64,000 bases of DNA from Candidatus Methylomirabilia bacterium (GCA_041497115.1 JBGQFW010000003.1:15120-79119); one strand, 5' to 3'. Positions 43,731 through 57,700 are shown, counted from the first letter of the stretch. The notes: a model not told the origin generated them from the letters alone. Made by a program: numbers and translations.

Positions 43731-45545
43731 CTAGCCCCGGCCGCGGAAGGGCGGCCGCGTGTCCTTGCGCAGGAACACGCTCACCTCGTAGCGCCGGTCG
43801 GCGATCGCGTCGGGGTTGAACACCGCCAGCCACACCGACGCGTAGTCCTTGCCGAGCCCGGGCACGTGCGTGCCCTCGTCGCTGAGCCGCCGCGCCTCGC
43901 CCTTGGGCGCCCGGCCGCCGGCGGGCAGGGGGACGATCCAGCACGCGTCCGACGGCGTCCCCTCGCTCGACAGCCTCACGCCGAAGCCGCGCGCGTCCCG
44001 GATGTTGTCCGCCGAGATCAGCAGGAAGCGGGTGGTCAGCGGCCCCAGCGTCATCGTGAACTTGTGCTCGGCGTAGCGCTGGTTGTCGCTGGCCAGGCGC
44101 TGGCCCGACAGCTCGGTGTCGCCGATGCGGGCCGACGGGCGCTGGAAGATCCGCGTGTCCTCCTTGGACTCGAGGATGCGGAACTGGAACCACAGCCCCG
44201 GCTCGGGGACCGCCGCCACCGTCACGTTCTTCACGAACTCCGCGTAGGTGTCCGACAGGCGTCCCTCGGCGACGAGGTAGTCGTAGAGCTGCTCGCCGAC
44301 CGGGCGCGTCTCGCCGGGCTTGAGGCTGTTCAACGCGTTGCCCACGCACCCCGGCTTCTGCTTCTCGACGTGATCCACGAGGATCGAGTAGCCGTAGGCG
44401 AGCAGCCCATCGTCGTACTCGGAGCTCTTCTGGATCGGGACGGAGAGCAGGTAGGGATACTTGCCGATCTCCTCCTTCACCACCGCGGCGAAGTCGTGGG
44501 TGGACTTCCATCCCGACCAGCGCGCCCACGCGGCCAGCCACCACTGCGCCGTCTCGTCGGGGGCCGACGGCTCGGTCGGCGCCTGGGCCGCCGGGCGCGC
44601 GGGGCGGACCGCGACGCGCTCGGGCGCGGGCGGCGGCGGGGGCGGCGGTGGGGGTGGGGGCGGAGGCGGCGGAGCGCTCTCGAGCTCGAGGCGCGGCATC
44701 TCGATGGTCGGCGCGCTGGAGATCGGCTCCGGCTCGGGTTCCGGCACGGGCGTCGGCGACGGCGGCGCGGCGCTCTCGAGCTCCAGGCGCGGCATCTCGA
44801 TGGTCGGCATCGAGATGGTCGGCGCGCTGGAGACCGGCTCGGGCTCGCGCACAGGCTCGGGGGCGCGCCTCGGCGGTGGTGGCGGCGGAGCGGGCGGCTC
44901 GACGACATCGCCGGCGAAGCCGAGGCGGCCGCGGGACACCGCGACCGCCAGCGATCGCCCGAACGCCCGCGACACGCTCTCCTCGAGCTGCGCGTACCGC
45001 TCGTCGTCGAGCGCCTCGCGGCTCTCGACCATCGTGAGCAGATCGGCGAAGCTCTTGATGGCCACGGTCAGCCGCTGGGCGTCGGGCGAGTCGGGATCGG
45101 TCAGCGCCATCGCCGTCGCGCGCAGCTCGCGCGCCTTGTCCTTGCAGGCGACCAGCGCCGCGAAGTCCGGGTCGTCGCCGTGCACGATCTCGAGCGCGTG
45201 GTCGAGCGTCGCCACCACGCCCTCGCGCGCCTGCTCGAGGGCCACCCGTCGCGCCTCGGCGCGGATCGCCTCCTCGATCGCGGCGAGCAGGGGCTCGAGC
45301 TCGGTGAGACTCTCCGGTTGATCGGAGGGGGCGACGGCGGCCGTTTCGGCCGCGGCCAGGACATCGGTGCGGAGCTGCATGAACTGGGTGCGGGCGCCGG
45401 CCAGCGCATCCACGAGCCCGTCGGCGGGCGGCGCGCCGGCGTCCTCGAGCGCGCGTGCGGCCTCGCCCAGTTTGGCACCCAGATCGACGAAGCGCTGGGT
45501 CAGCGCACCGAGTTCGCGGTTGAGAGTGCCGAGGTCTGCTTCCAT
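43731..45545 (-). CDS. hypothetical 604-aa protein: helical N-terminal domain, Pro-rich linker with two tandem about 30-aa repeats and a Pro16 run, and an unrecognised roughly 270-aa C-terminal domain
   Basis: SSAPTISMPTIEMPRLELESAAPPSP / ISSAPTIEMPRLELESAPPPPPPPPPPPPPPPP; GC3 is high throughout. It is divergent from the giant gene. Confidence 0.7.
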   Translation of the reverse strand: MEADLGTLNRELGALTQRFVDLGAKLGEAARALEDAGAPPADGLVDALAGARTQFMQLRTDVLAAAETAAVAPSDQPESLTELEPLLAAIEEAIRAEARRVALEQAREGVVATLDHALEIVHGDDPDFAALVACKDKARELRATAMALTDPDSPDAQRLTVAIKSFADLLTMVESREALDDERYAQLEESVSRAFGRSLAVAVSRGRLGFAGDVVEPPAPPPPPPRRAPEPVREPEPVSSAPTISMPTIEMPRLELESAAPPSPTPVPEPEPEPISSAPTIEMPRLELESAPPPPPPPPPPPPPPPAPERVAVRPARPAAQAPTEPSAPDETAQWWLAAWARWSGWKSTHDFAAVVKEEIGKYPYLLSVPIQKSSEYDDGLLAYGYSILVDHVEKQKPGCVGNALNSLKPGETRPVGEQLYDYLVAEGRLSDTYAEFVKNVTVAAVPEPGLWFQFRILESKEDTRIFQRPSARIGDTELSGQRLASDNQRYAEHKFTMTLGPLTTRFLLISADNIRDARGFGVRLSSEGTPSDACWIVPLPAGGRAPKGEARRLSDEGTHVPGLGKDYASVWLAVFNPDAIADRRYEVSVFLRKDTRPPFRGRG

Positions 45546-45671
45546 CCGGGGTCCACAGACTGGACCGATTCGGATTCTAGGATTCCGGGTAGAGGCGTGT
45601 CAAACACCAAACGCGACAAGAGGTTAGCAACGGGCCAAACTCTGGTCTAGGTTTGACCGGTCGCCCTGTTC

Positions 45672-45677
45672 TACAAT
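45672..45677 (+). promoter_or_regulatory. TACAAT -10-like box in the 252-bp AT-richer intergenic region upstream of the giant gene
   Basis: TTGACC lies 13 nt upstream (spacing is suboptimal). The direct repeat GGATTC-tag-GATTCC is also in this region. Confidence 0.25.
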
Positions 45678-45797
45678 CGCTGGCACGGTGGCCGCCCATG
45701 GCAACGGGTGCTGGAACGCGACCGGCCTCCTGGCCCGGTCGATGAGCGACTTCCGAGGAGCGCGGGGCTCCCGCGCCGCGTCACGGAGAGTCGGCCA

Positions 45798-48700
45798 GTG
45801 TCCAGCCGGGGCCGGAGCGGCATCGCACTGAATCTCGTCCGGGTCGTCCCCGCCGCCCTCCTGCTGGCGCTGGTCTGCGCGATCCCCCCGTCCGCCGCCG
45901 CCGAGGCTGGCCGCCCGGCCCTCGGCCCCGGGGGCCCCCTGCCGCTGACGTTCGAGCCCAACCAGGGTCAGGCCGACGAGGGCGTCCGCTTCCTCGCCCG
46001 CGGTCGCGGCTACGGGCTGTTCCTCACCCCCACCGAGACCGTGCTCGTGCTTACGGCGCCCGACGCCGCGGCGTCGATCGCCGGCCGGCCGCGACCGGTC
46101 GACCGGGTCGCCACGCCCCCGGCCGTCGTGCGCATGCGCATGGTCGGCGCCGACGCGAGCGCGCCGATCGCCGGCGTCGATCCGCTGCCGGGGCGCAGCC
46201 ACTATCTGCTCGGCGACCCGAGCCGCTGGCGGCGCGACGTGCCGACGTTCGCGCGCGTCCGCTATACCGACCTGTACCCCGGGGTGAGCCTCCTCTTCTA
46301 CGGCAGCGAGCGCGCGCTGGAGTACGACTTCGTGGTGGCGCCGGGCGCCGATCCCGGCGCGGTCGTCCTGGCGTTCGACGGCGCCGCCGCGCTGCGCATC
46401 GACGCCGGCGGCGACCTGGTGCTCGCGACGGCCGCCGGCGAGCTGCGGCTGCGGCGTCCCCTCATCTACCAGGAGACCGAGGGCGGCCGGCGTCCGGTCG
46501 AAGGCGGCTACGTCCTCGACGGCGGGCGCGTGCGCTTCCGGGTGGCCGCCTGGGACGCCACGCGGCCGCTCGTGATCGACCCGGTGCTCGGCTACTCGAC
46601 CTACCTCGGCGGCTCCTCCAGCGACCAGGCGTTCGGCATCGCGGTCGACGCGCTCGGCAACGCCTACGTGACCGGCTCCACGATCTCGTCGGACTTCCCG
46701 GTGGTCACCCCGCTGCAGGGGGCGAGAGCCGGCGTGACCGACGTGTTCGTGACCAAGCTCGACCCCACCGGCAGCCGGATCCTGTACTCGACCTACCTCG
46801 GGGGCAGCGGCGACGAGGCCGGCAACGCCATCGCGGTGGACGCGCAGGGCAGCGCGTACGTGGCGGGGTCGACGACCTCGAACAACTTCCCGGTTCTGAA
46901 CGCGTTCCAGTCCGTCACCCGCGGCGGCAGCGAGGCGTTCGTGGCCAAGCTGTCGCCCGACGGCAGCACGCTCGTCTTCTCGACCTACCTCGGCAGCAAC
47001 ACCAGCGACTTCGCGTTCGGCATCGCGCTCGACGCCGCCGACAACGTCTACGTGACGGGCTCGACGGATTCCTCGGGTTCGAGCTTTCCCAACAACGCCG
47101 GGACCTGTCTCGGCACCAAGCGGACCGGGAACGACGCGTTCGTGGTCAAGCTCGACGCGGTCGGCTCGACGCTCGGCTACTGCGCGTTCATCGGCGGCGC
47201 CGGCGACGACGCTGGCAACGCGATCGCCGCCGACGACGCGGGCAACGTCTGGATCGCCGGCACGACGACCTCGTCCGATCTGCCGGTGCTCAACGCGCTG
47301 CAGCCCACGCTGGGGGGAGCCTCGGACGCCTTCGTCGGCAAGCTGGACACCGGCGGGAACCTGGTCTACCTGACCTACCTCGGCGGCCTCGGCGACGACG
47401 ACGCGCTCGCGATCGCGGTCGACGTCAACGGCAACGCCTACGTGACGGGCTCGACGAAATCGCCGAACTTCCCGCTCGCGTCACCCCTGCAGGCGTCGCT
47501 CCGCGGCGGCCTGGACGCGTTCGTCACCAAGCTGAGCCCGGCCGGCGACGCCCTGGTGTTCTCGACCTACCTGGGCGGCGTCGGCGACGACATCGGCAAC
47601 GGCATCGCGGTCAACGCGGTGGACTTCACCGTGTACGTCGCCGGCTCCACCGGCTCGGTGGACTTTCCGACCGTCTCGCCGTTCCAGGCGACGCTGGCGG
47701 GTGGGCTCGACGCGTTCGTGACGAAGCTGACCGCCGCCGGCGGGGGCCCGGTCTACTCGACCCTCCTCGGCGGGACCAGTGACGACGCGGCGCACGCGAT
47801 CGCGGTGGACGTCGACGGCGTCGCGTACATCACCGGCACCACGAACTCGGCGACGTTCCCGACGAACGCGCCGATCCAGCCGCGGGCGGGGCTCCTCGAC
47901 GCCTTCGTGAGCCAGATCGCCGACGGCGGGATCATCCAGTTCACCGGCAACACGTATTCGGTGGCCGAGAACGTCCCCGCCGGCACCGTGACCATCAGCG
48001 TCCAGCGGACCGGCGACACGAGCGCGGCCTCCTCGGTGGATTACCGCACCTGCGAGATGCCGTCGGTCGGTGGCTGCCCCGCCGTCGTCGGCACCGCCGC
48101 GGCCGGCGTCCGCTACCTGGCCGCCGCCGGCACGCTGATGTTCGCGCCCGGCCAGATCGTCGCCTCGTTCCCGATCACGATCCTGAACGACAGCGTCGGC
48201 GAGGGCGACCAGACGGTGCTCCTGACGCTGGGCAACCCCACCGGCGGCTCGGTGCTCGGCGCGCGCCGCACCGCCACGCTCACGATCCTGGACGACGAGA
48301 CCTCGATCAACTTCAGCCTGCCGGTGTACCAGGTGAACGAGAACCAGGGGCCGGCGGTGATCACCGTGACCCGCTCGGGGCCCAACCTCGCCGCCACCGT
48401 CACCGTGGACTTCTCCACCGCCGACGGCTCCGCCGTCGCCCCCGGCGACTACACGGCGGTCGCCAAGACGCTGACCTTCGGCCCCAACGTGCGCAGCCTC
48501 ACCGTGCCGGTGCCGATCGTCAACGACACGCTGGTCGAGGGCACCGAGACCGTGAGCCTCGCGCTGCGCAACCTCGTGACCAAGAGCGGCGCCGCCACCA
48601 CGGTGCTGGGAGTGCGCAACGCGGCCACCCTGAACATCCTGGACGACGACCTCGGCGGCTCGCTGCAATTCGCCAAGGCGGCCTCCTCGGTCGCCGAGAC

Positions 48701-51700
48701 CGGCGGCACGGTGATCCTCACCGTGACGCGCACGGGCGGCGCGGCCAGCCAGGTGACGGTGCACTACGCGACCAGCGACGGCACCGCGACCGCCGGCCTC
48801 AACTACACGGACACGTCGGGCGATCTCACGTTCGGGGCGGGTGCCGGCAGCCAGACCTTCACGGTGCCGATCCGCAACGACGGCATCGCCACCGGCAACC
48901 AGGCGTTCACCGTGACCCTGTCGGATCCCCGCGTCCTGCCCCCGCCCGGTCCGGCCTGCCCGGTCAGCGCGAATTGCCCGACGGTCGGCGCGCTCGGGGC
49001 GGCGACGGTGACGATCGTCGACGCCCAGCAGAACATCTCGTTCACGACGGACTCCTTCACGGTGCGCGAGAGCACGCCGACGGCGACCATCACGCTGCGA
49101 CGGGGCGGGACGACGGCCGGCGCCGCCACCGTGGACTTCACGACCAGCAACGGGACCGCGATGGCCGGCGTCGACTACCAGTTCAAGTCCGGCACGCTCA
49201 CCTTCGCGGCGGGGGCGACGGCGGCGTCGTTCACCGTTCCGATCATCAACGACAACACGGTGCGGCCCAGCCGGACCGTCATCCTCAACCTCGCCAATCC
49301 CACCGGCGGCGCGGCGGTCGTGGCGCCCAGTCAGGCGACGCTGACCATCACCGACGACGACACCGCCGGCAGGGTGCAGTTCTCCTCGGCCACGTACAGC
49401 GCCGCCGAGAACGCCGGCTCCGCGCTAGTCACTCTCAGCCGCAGCGGCGGCACCGCCGGCGGCGCCACCGTGCAGTACGCCACCAGCGACGGCACCGCCC
49501 TGGCCGGCACCGACTACATGCTCAGCACCGGCACCGTGACGTTCGGGACGGGGGAGACGATCAAGACCTTCTCGGTCCCGCTCATCGACAACGCCCTGCC
49601 GGACGGCACGCGGACGCTGAACCTGACGCTGTCGGCGCCGGGTGGCGGCGCCTCCCTCGGCGCGCCCAGCACCGCCATGCTCACGATCATCGACGACGAG
49701 CTGTCGTTCGCCTTCGCCGCCACCAACTACTCGGTGGTCGAGGGCGCCGGTCAGGCCACGGTCACGGTCGAGCTGAGCGGCATCAACGCCGTGCCGGTCA
49801 CGGTGAACTACGCCACCAGCGACGGGACCGCGACCGCCGGCCTCGACTACACGGCCACCACCGGCACGCTGGTCTTCCCGGCCGGCGGCGCCGCGACCAC
49901 CGTGCGGACGAAGAACTTCGCGGTGCCGATCCTGCAAGACACGCTGGCCGAGGGCACCGAGACGGTGAACCTGACGCTGAGCGCGCCGACGCCGGTGGGC
50001 GTCGCCCGGGTGGTGGCGGCGCGCTCGACCGCCGTGCTGTCCATCCTGGACGACGATCAGGGCGGGGCCGTCGAGTTCAACGCGGCGGCGTTCGCGGCGG
50101 TGGAGAGCGGCGGCGTCGCGACGATCCAGGTCAGGCGGACGCTGGGCCTCGCCAGCGGCGTGACCGTCGACTACGCCACCAGCGACGGCACCGCCACCGC
50201 CGGCGCCCGCTACGTCGCCACCGCCGGGCGCCTCACCTTCGCGGTCAACGAGGTGCTCAAGACCTTCACGATCCCGCTGATCAACGACAACATCGGCGAG
50301 GGGCCGCAGACCGTCAACCTCACGCTGACCAATCCCAAGGGCGGCGCGACGCTCGGCGGTCAGGCGACCGCGGTCCTGACCATCGACGACGACGAGCCGT
50401 ACGTCCGCCTGAGCGCCGCCACCTACGCCGTGAACGAGGCGGCCGGCTCCCTCGTCGTCAGCGTCACCCGCGGCGGCGTGACCACCGCCCAGGCGACGGT
50501 GGACTACACGACGATGGACCAGCGGCCGGCCGCGCCCACGCGAGCGGTGGGCGGGGTGGACTACGCGGTCACCAGCGGGACGCTCACGTTCGCGCCCGGC
50601 GTCACCGCCCGCACGTTCACCGTCCCGATCATCAACAACTCGCTGGCGCAGCCCGACCGGAAGTTCAACGTGCTGCTGCGCAATCCCGCGATCGCAGCGG
50701 GCACGTTCACCCTGGTCGCGCCGTCGGCGGCCGAGGTCACGATCAACGACGACGACGTCGGCGGCATCATCCAGTTCAGCAGCCCGACGTACACCGTCAA
50801 TGAGGACGGCGGCTCCGCGGTCCTCACCGTGGTGCGTAGCGGCGGCCAGGCCGGCGGCGTCTCCGTGAGCGTGCAGACCCAGGCCCTCGGGTTCGTGCCG
50901 CCCGGTACGCCGGCGCCGCCCGCGCAGACGGCGACACCCGGCGCCGACTTTACCCCCACGCCCGTGAACTTCCGCGTGACGTTCGGCCCCGGCGAGACGA
51001 CGAAGACCGTCAGCATCCCGATCCTCCCGGACGCCCTCGCCGAGGGCAACGAGATCGTCTACGTGCTGCTCAGTGACGCGGAGCCCAGCGGCGCCACCGC
51101 CCCGCCGTCGCTGGGCACGCAGGCGCTGGCCACGCTGACCATCGTGGACGCCCAGCCGACGCTGCAGTTCAGCGCGCCCACTTACACGGTGATCGAGGGG
51201 CAGCCGGCCGCCGTCGTCACCGTCACGCGCACGGCGCCGCTCGGCCGGCTGACCGTCGATTTCGCCACCAGCGACGGCACCGCCACCAGCCCGCAGTACT
51301 ACCTCGGCGCCTCGGGCACACTGACGTTCGACGCCGGCGTCACCGCCCAGACCTTCAGCGTCCTGCTCGTGGACAACCAGGCGATCGAGGGGGAGAAGCA
51401 GTTCAACGTCGGGCTGGCCAACATCCAGCCGCCGGCGGCCGCTTCGCTGGGCCCCACCGCGGCGGCCAGCGTCGTCATCAAGGACAACGATCGCGGCGGA
51501 ACGTTCACTGTGAGCGGCGTCAATATTCTCGAGGGCGCCGCCGGCCAGAACTCGACCGCGCTGGCCACCGTCAGCCGCACCGGCGGCTCCGGCGGCCCGG
51601 TGACGATGGTGTTCCATGCGGCCCTCTGCGGTCTGTTCGGCCCGGGCTGTGACTTCCCGGCCGCTCCCGGCACCGACTTCGACGTCCTGGCCATGCCGCT

Positions 51701-54700
51701 GACCTTCAAGGCGGGCGAGATGAGCAAGACGGTGCCCGTCACGATCCACGGCAACGACATCCCGCAGGGCAGCCGCGACGTGGAGGTGACGATCACCGGC
51801 CTGGGGCCCTCGGTGATGCAGGACGGTCTAGAGATCGGCCCGCAGCCCCAGCCCCCCGGCGTCGCCGCTGCGCTGATCCACATCGTCGAGGACGACCTGT
51901 ATTTCGTGACGCTGTCGTCGCAGACGTACGGCGCCGTCGAGGGCGCCCAGCAGGCGATCATCACGGTGCTGCGCTCGGGCACCGCCGGGTTGCTGGCCGG
52001 CAGCCAGGACGTGGACATGGTCGCGCTCAGCCTGGCCGTCTCGGGCGCCGCCGTCGCGCCGCTGGACTACGTCAGCCTCGGCGCGTTCGTGGGGGCGCCG
52101 CAGGGCGGCTGTCAGGGTAAGGTCGGCGACCTCGTCGCGCGCCAGACGATCACGTTCGCGGCGAACCAGACGACCCAGACGTTCACGGTGCCGTTCCTGG
52201 ACGACACGGTCGTCGACGGGCCCAAGACGATGTTCGTCTGCATCAACGACGCGACCAACACCGGTACGCCGACCGGCCCCGGCATCGCGTTCCCGGCCTC
52301 CGCGCAGCTCACGATCAACGACGACGAGAACGGTGGGACGATCCAGTTCGCGGCCGATACGTACAGCGTGGCCGACAACATCGCCAGCGGCCTGGCCACC
52401 ATCACGCTGACCCGCTCGGGCTCCCCCAAGCTGGCCAGCAACGTGACCGTGCAGGCCCAGACCGGCGACCTGTTCGCCGCCACGACGCCGCCCCAGACCG
52501 GCCAGGCCGGTGTGGACTACGGGTCCACCAACACCGTCGTGACGTTCAACGCCGGGGACACGACGGCCACCTTCACGGTCCCGATCATCAACAACGGCAC
52601 GCCCGACGGCGTGAAGACCGTGAACCTCATGATCAGCGGTCCGCTGCCCGCCCTCGCCGGCGCCGTCCCGGTCCTGGGCGTCCGCACGACGGCGGTGCTG
52701 CGGATCGTGGACGCGGTCCAGACGGTCGGCTTCCAGCAGGCCAACTTCGACGTCAGCGAGGGCGCGGGCACGGCGACGGTCAGCCTCGAGCGCACCGGCG
52801 ATGCCAGCGGCTCGCTGACGGTCACCTTCACGACGTCGAACGGCGCCCCCGTCGCGCCGCTGGTGCCCGCCGTCGCCGGCGTGGACTACCAGGCGGTGAA
52901 CACGACGATCACGTTCGGTCCCGGCCAGACCGTCGCGACCGCCACCGTGCCGCTCATCGACAACAAGGCGGTCGCCCCCGACAAGGTCGCGAACCTCACG
53001 CTGAGCGCGCCGAGTGTCGGCGTGCTGGCCACCGGCGGCACCACCGCCACGTTGACGATCCAGGAAGACGACACCGCCGGCTCGGTCAGCTTCGCCGCCG
53101 CGACGTTCGTGGGGCTGGAGCGCGACACCCAGGCGCTCATCACGCTCGTGCGCAGCGACGGCACCGCGGGGTGCCCGGTGCCGCTGGCGGGGCCGCCGCC
53201 CTCGTGCCCGGACGCGACGCTGGTGACCTTCCAGACCGTCGCGGGCGGTACCGCCATCGCCGGGACCGACTACACGACGACCAGCGTCGTGGTCGAGTTC
53301 GGCGCCGGCGAGACGACGAAGACCGTCGCCGTGCCGCTGCTCAACGACGGCGCCCCCGACGGGACGGAGACCGTCGCCCTCATGCTGTCCAACCCGCTGC
53401 CCACCGGTGTCGGTGTCGGCACCCGCGGGCTGACGCTGGGGAGCCTCGCGACGGCGACGCTGCAGATCGTGGAGACCGAGCTCCGCATCGGCGCCACCGC
53501 CTACACGGTGGGGGAGGGGGGCGGCAAGGCGACGCTCACGATCGTCAGGCAGGGCGACCTGACGGGGACGTCCTCGGTGACCGTGGCGACGGTGAACGGC
53601 ACCGCCATCGCCGGCACCGACTACGCCACCCCGGTCACCACCACGGTGAACTTCGCCGCCGGCGAGAGCGTGCAGACGCTCGACATCACCGTCACCGACG
53701 ACACGATCGTCGAGGGCGACGAGGCGTTCCAGGTGGTCTTCAGCAACCCGGTGGGCGCCACCATCGCCAGCGACTCGTGCAAGACGTTCACGCTCGTCGG
53801 CTCGCTCGTGGCGACGTGCACGATCGAGGTCGACATCCTCGACAACGACAGCGGCGGCATCCTGAGCTTCAGCCAGCCCGTCTACGCCGTGAACGAGAAC
53901 GTCGGCACCGCGACGATCACGGTCAAGCGCATCGTCGGCGGCGCCGGCGGGGTGACGGTGGACTTCGCCACCGGCGACGGCACCGCGACCGCCGGCACCG
54001 ACTACACGACCGTGACGCAGACGCTCACGTTCAACGCCGGGGACACCAGCAAGACGGTGAGCGTGCCGGTGCTCAACAACACCATCGGGGTGCGCATCGC
54101 CAACCTGTTCCTGCGCAACGCCACCGGCGGCGCCACCATCGGCGCGCCCGGCACGGCCGCGCTGCAGATCACCGACCTCGACAACTCCATCGGGTTCACC
54201 GCCGTCGGCTACCCGGTGGCCGAGGCGGCCGGCGCCGCCGCGGTCGTGGTGCGGCGGACGGGGAGCGCCGGCACGGTCCTGGTGGACTACGCGACGAGCA
54301 ACGGCACCGCGACGGCGCCCGCCGACTACGCCGCCACCGCCGGGACGCTGACGTTCCCGGCCGGCTCGACGACGCTGACGGTGCCGATCCCGATCGTCAA
54401 CGACGCGATCATCGAGCCGAGCGAGACGTTCACGGTCACCCTCAGCAACCCGCGGCTCGCGGTGACGCTGACGCCCATCCCGGTCGCGCCGGAGTCGTGC
54501 GCGAGCTCGACGGCGACGACCTGCACGACGGGCGTGACGATCATCGACGACGACCTCGGCGGCGCGATCTCGTTCACGTCGGCGAACTACACGGTGGCGG
54601 AGAACGCCGGCAGCGCGATGGTGACGCTGAGCCGGGTGGGCGGCCTCGCCGGCGGCGTCACCGTCGACATCGCGGCGGTCGCCGGCACCGCCGCGCCGGG

Positions 54701-57700
54701 CGACTTCAGCCTGCCGAGCGGCACGGTGACGTTCCTGCCCGGGCAGACGACCGCGATGGCGGCGATCACCATCAACGACAACCTGCTCGCGGACGCCGAC
54801 CGGACGGTGAACCTGACCATCAGCAATCCGCAGCCGGCCGGGCTGGCCGGCAGCCCGATCCTCGGCCTGCAGACGACCGCCACGCTGACGATCCTCGACA
54901 ACGAGCCGCGCGTGCAGTTTGGCGCCGCCTCGTTCGCCGTCACCGAGGGGGCGCCGGCGGCGACGATCACCGTGGTGCGGACGGGCGACCCCTCGGTCGA
55001 GGTGCACGTCGACTTCGTCACCAGCGACGGCTCCGCCACCCAGCCCGCCCGCTACGCGATGACGGCCGGCACCCTGACCTTCCTGCCCGGCGTGAGCAGC
55101 CGGACCTTCACGGTCCCGATCGTCAACGACAATCTCCTGCAGCCGCCCCAGGCGTTCAACGTGAGCCTGAGCAACCCGACCACCGTCCCCGCCGCGCCGG
55201 GCCGCGCCGCGCTGGCTACCACGCCGTGCGCGACGTTCGTCGCGGGCGTGTGCACGGTGCCGGTGACGATCAACGACGACGACCGGGCGGGAACGATGGC
55301 GTTCAACGCCTCCATGTATTCGGTGGCCGAGAACGTCGCCGGCGGGACGCTCCTCGTCACGGTGACGCGCACCGGCGGCAACGCCGGCGGCGTCAGCGTG
55401 AACTACGCCGCGACCGGCGGCACCGCGGTCAACGGCGTCGACTACGTCCTCGCCCCCGGCGCGGTGACGTTCGGCGTGAACGAGACGGTCAAGACGTTCC
55501 CGATCACGATCGTCGACAACGCGCTCGCTGACGGCAACCGGACGATCGTGCTGTCGCTCTCCACGCCGTCGGCCGGCGCGCTGGGGACACCCAGCCAGGC
55601 GACGGTGACGATCATGGACGACGAGCAGACGCTCAGCTTCGCCACCCTGGGCTTCTCGACGCTGGAGAGCGCCGCCTCGGCCGTGATCACGATCAACCGG
55701 CTCGGCACGCCGACCGGGACCCTGCTGGTGGACTTTGCGACGGTGGACGGCACCGCCACCGCGCCCGCCGACTACACGGCCGTCGCGAAGACGCTGACGT
55801 TCGCCGCCGGCGTGCGCGCGATGACGGTGTCCGTCCCGATCGTCAAGGACATGCTGGTCGAGGGCAACGAGACGTTCAATGTCCGGCTCGGCAACCCCCG
55901 GTTCTCGCCGGCGAGCGCCGTGCCGGTGGCGTTCGTGCCGGCGACGTGCGGCACGTTCGTGCTCGGTCCGCCCCAGCAGTGCTCGGTGGCGGTGACGATC
56001 GTCGACGACGACCAGCCGGGGACCATCCAGTTCTCGTCGGCGACGTACACGGTCACCGAGGGGACGCCGACCGCGCTCATCACGCTGGTGCGCACCGGCG
56101 GTGTCGGCGGGTGTCCCGCCACCGGCCCGTGCAGCACGCCGCCGATCACCGTCGATTTCATCACCGCCGACGGTCTCGGCACCGCGATGGCCGGCGCCGA
56201 CTACACCCCGGTCGCCCAGACGGTGACCTTCGCCGCCAACGTCGCGACCCAGACGATCGCGATCCCGATCACCAACGACGCGCTGGCGGAAGGCAACGAG
56301 ACCGTCGTGCTCAAGCTGACGAACCCCGGCGGCAGCGCGACGCTCGGCCCGCTCGACACCGCGACGCTCACGATCGTCAGCAACGACGTCGCCGGCGTCG
56401 TGCAGTTCAGCCAGCCCCTCTACACGGTGAGCGAGACGGCCGTCACCGCCACGATCACGCTGACCCGCAGCGGCGGCGCCGCCAGCGGCGTCACCGTGGA
56501 CTTCGCGACGTCCAACGGGCCGGGCACGAGCGGAGCGGTGGCCGGCACCGACTACACCGCGCTCGCCACGACGGTGACGTTCGGCGCCAACCAGACGACG
56601 CTGCCGGTCGTCATCACGCTGCCTGGCGACGACGCCACGCCCGAGGGCAACAAGATCGTCAACCTCACGCTGAGCAACCCGCGCGGGGGGGCCGCCCTGG
56701 GGCTGCGCTCGGCGGCGCAGCTCAAGATCCTGGACAACGAGGCCACGGTGCAGTTCACGGCCCCGACCTACTCGATCCTCGAGGGCGGCGTCGCCGTCCT
56801 CACCATCGAGCGCACCGGACCGCCCGGCCTGCCCGGCACCATCATCCTGGGCTACACGACCAGCAATGGCACCGCGGTGGCAGGCGTGAACTACGGCACG
56901 CGCGGCTCGGCCACGGCGCCGTCGGGTACCGTGACCTTCGGTCCCGGCGTTGCCAGCCAGACGATCCGGGTCCCGACGTTCGCCAATAACGCGCAGGACG
57001 GTAACCACACCTTCAACGTCGCCCTGGCCGCCATGGGCGGCACCGCGGGAGCCGTGCTCCTGCCCCAGAACACCGCGATCGTCACCATCGTCGACGGCGA
57101 CCGGGCGGGCGTGGGCGCCTTCACCGCGGCCTCCTACTCGGTCGTCGAGTTCGGCAGCTTTGCCCAGCTGACCGTCCGGCGCAGCGGCACCGGCGCCACC
57201 CCGGTGAGCGTCGCCTACACGACGGTGGACGGCAGCGCCCGCGCCGGCATCGACTACACGGCGACGGCGGGCGTGCTGCCCTTCGCCATCAACCAGTTCA
57301 TCCAGAAGTTCAACGTGCCGATCATCAACAACAACCGGGCGGACGGGACGCGCTCGTTCTCGGTGGTCCTGTCGGCGCCGACCGGCGGCATGACTCTTGG
57401 CGCGCCGGCCACCGCCAGCGTCCTGATCCTCGACGACGACAAGGGCGGCGTCCTGCAGTTCTCTCAGCCGACGTTCACCGCGTCCCTGACCAAGTGCACG
57501 CCGCCGCCCGCGCCCGGCTTCGCCTGCGACGCGGTGCTGTCCATCAGCCGCACCGGTGGGCTGGCCGCCGGCGTCTCGATCGACTTCGCGACGGTGGACG
57601 GCACCGGCCAGGGCGGCACCGACTACACCCCGACGACGGGCACCGTCATGTTCGCGGTGGGGCAGTCGGGGGCGGCCATCCACGTTCCGCTGCTGACCAC

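Noticed and set aside
45698-45745. ATG at 45698 and GTG at 45708 as starts of the giant gene
   Set aside because: The ATG frame stops after 15 codons. The GTG at 45708 adds 30 residues with no signal-peptide character. The GTG at 45798 has an SD and directly begins a canonical signal peptide.
47481-57683. several very long minus-strand ORFs (427, 774 and 1951 aa) inside the giant gene
   Set aside because: The repetitive, stop-poor GC-rich array leaves the antisense frames open. Their products are R/G/A/D-rich, whereas the plus frame yields coherent SBBP and Calx-beta domains with a signal peptide.
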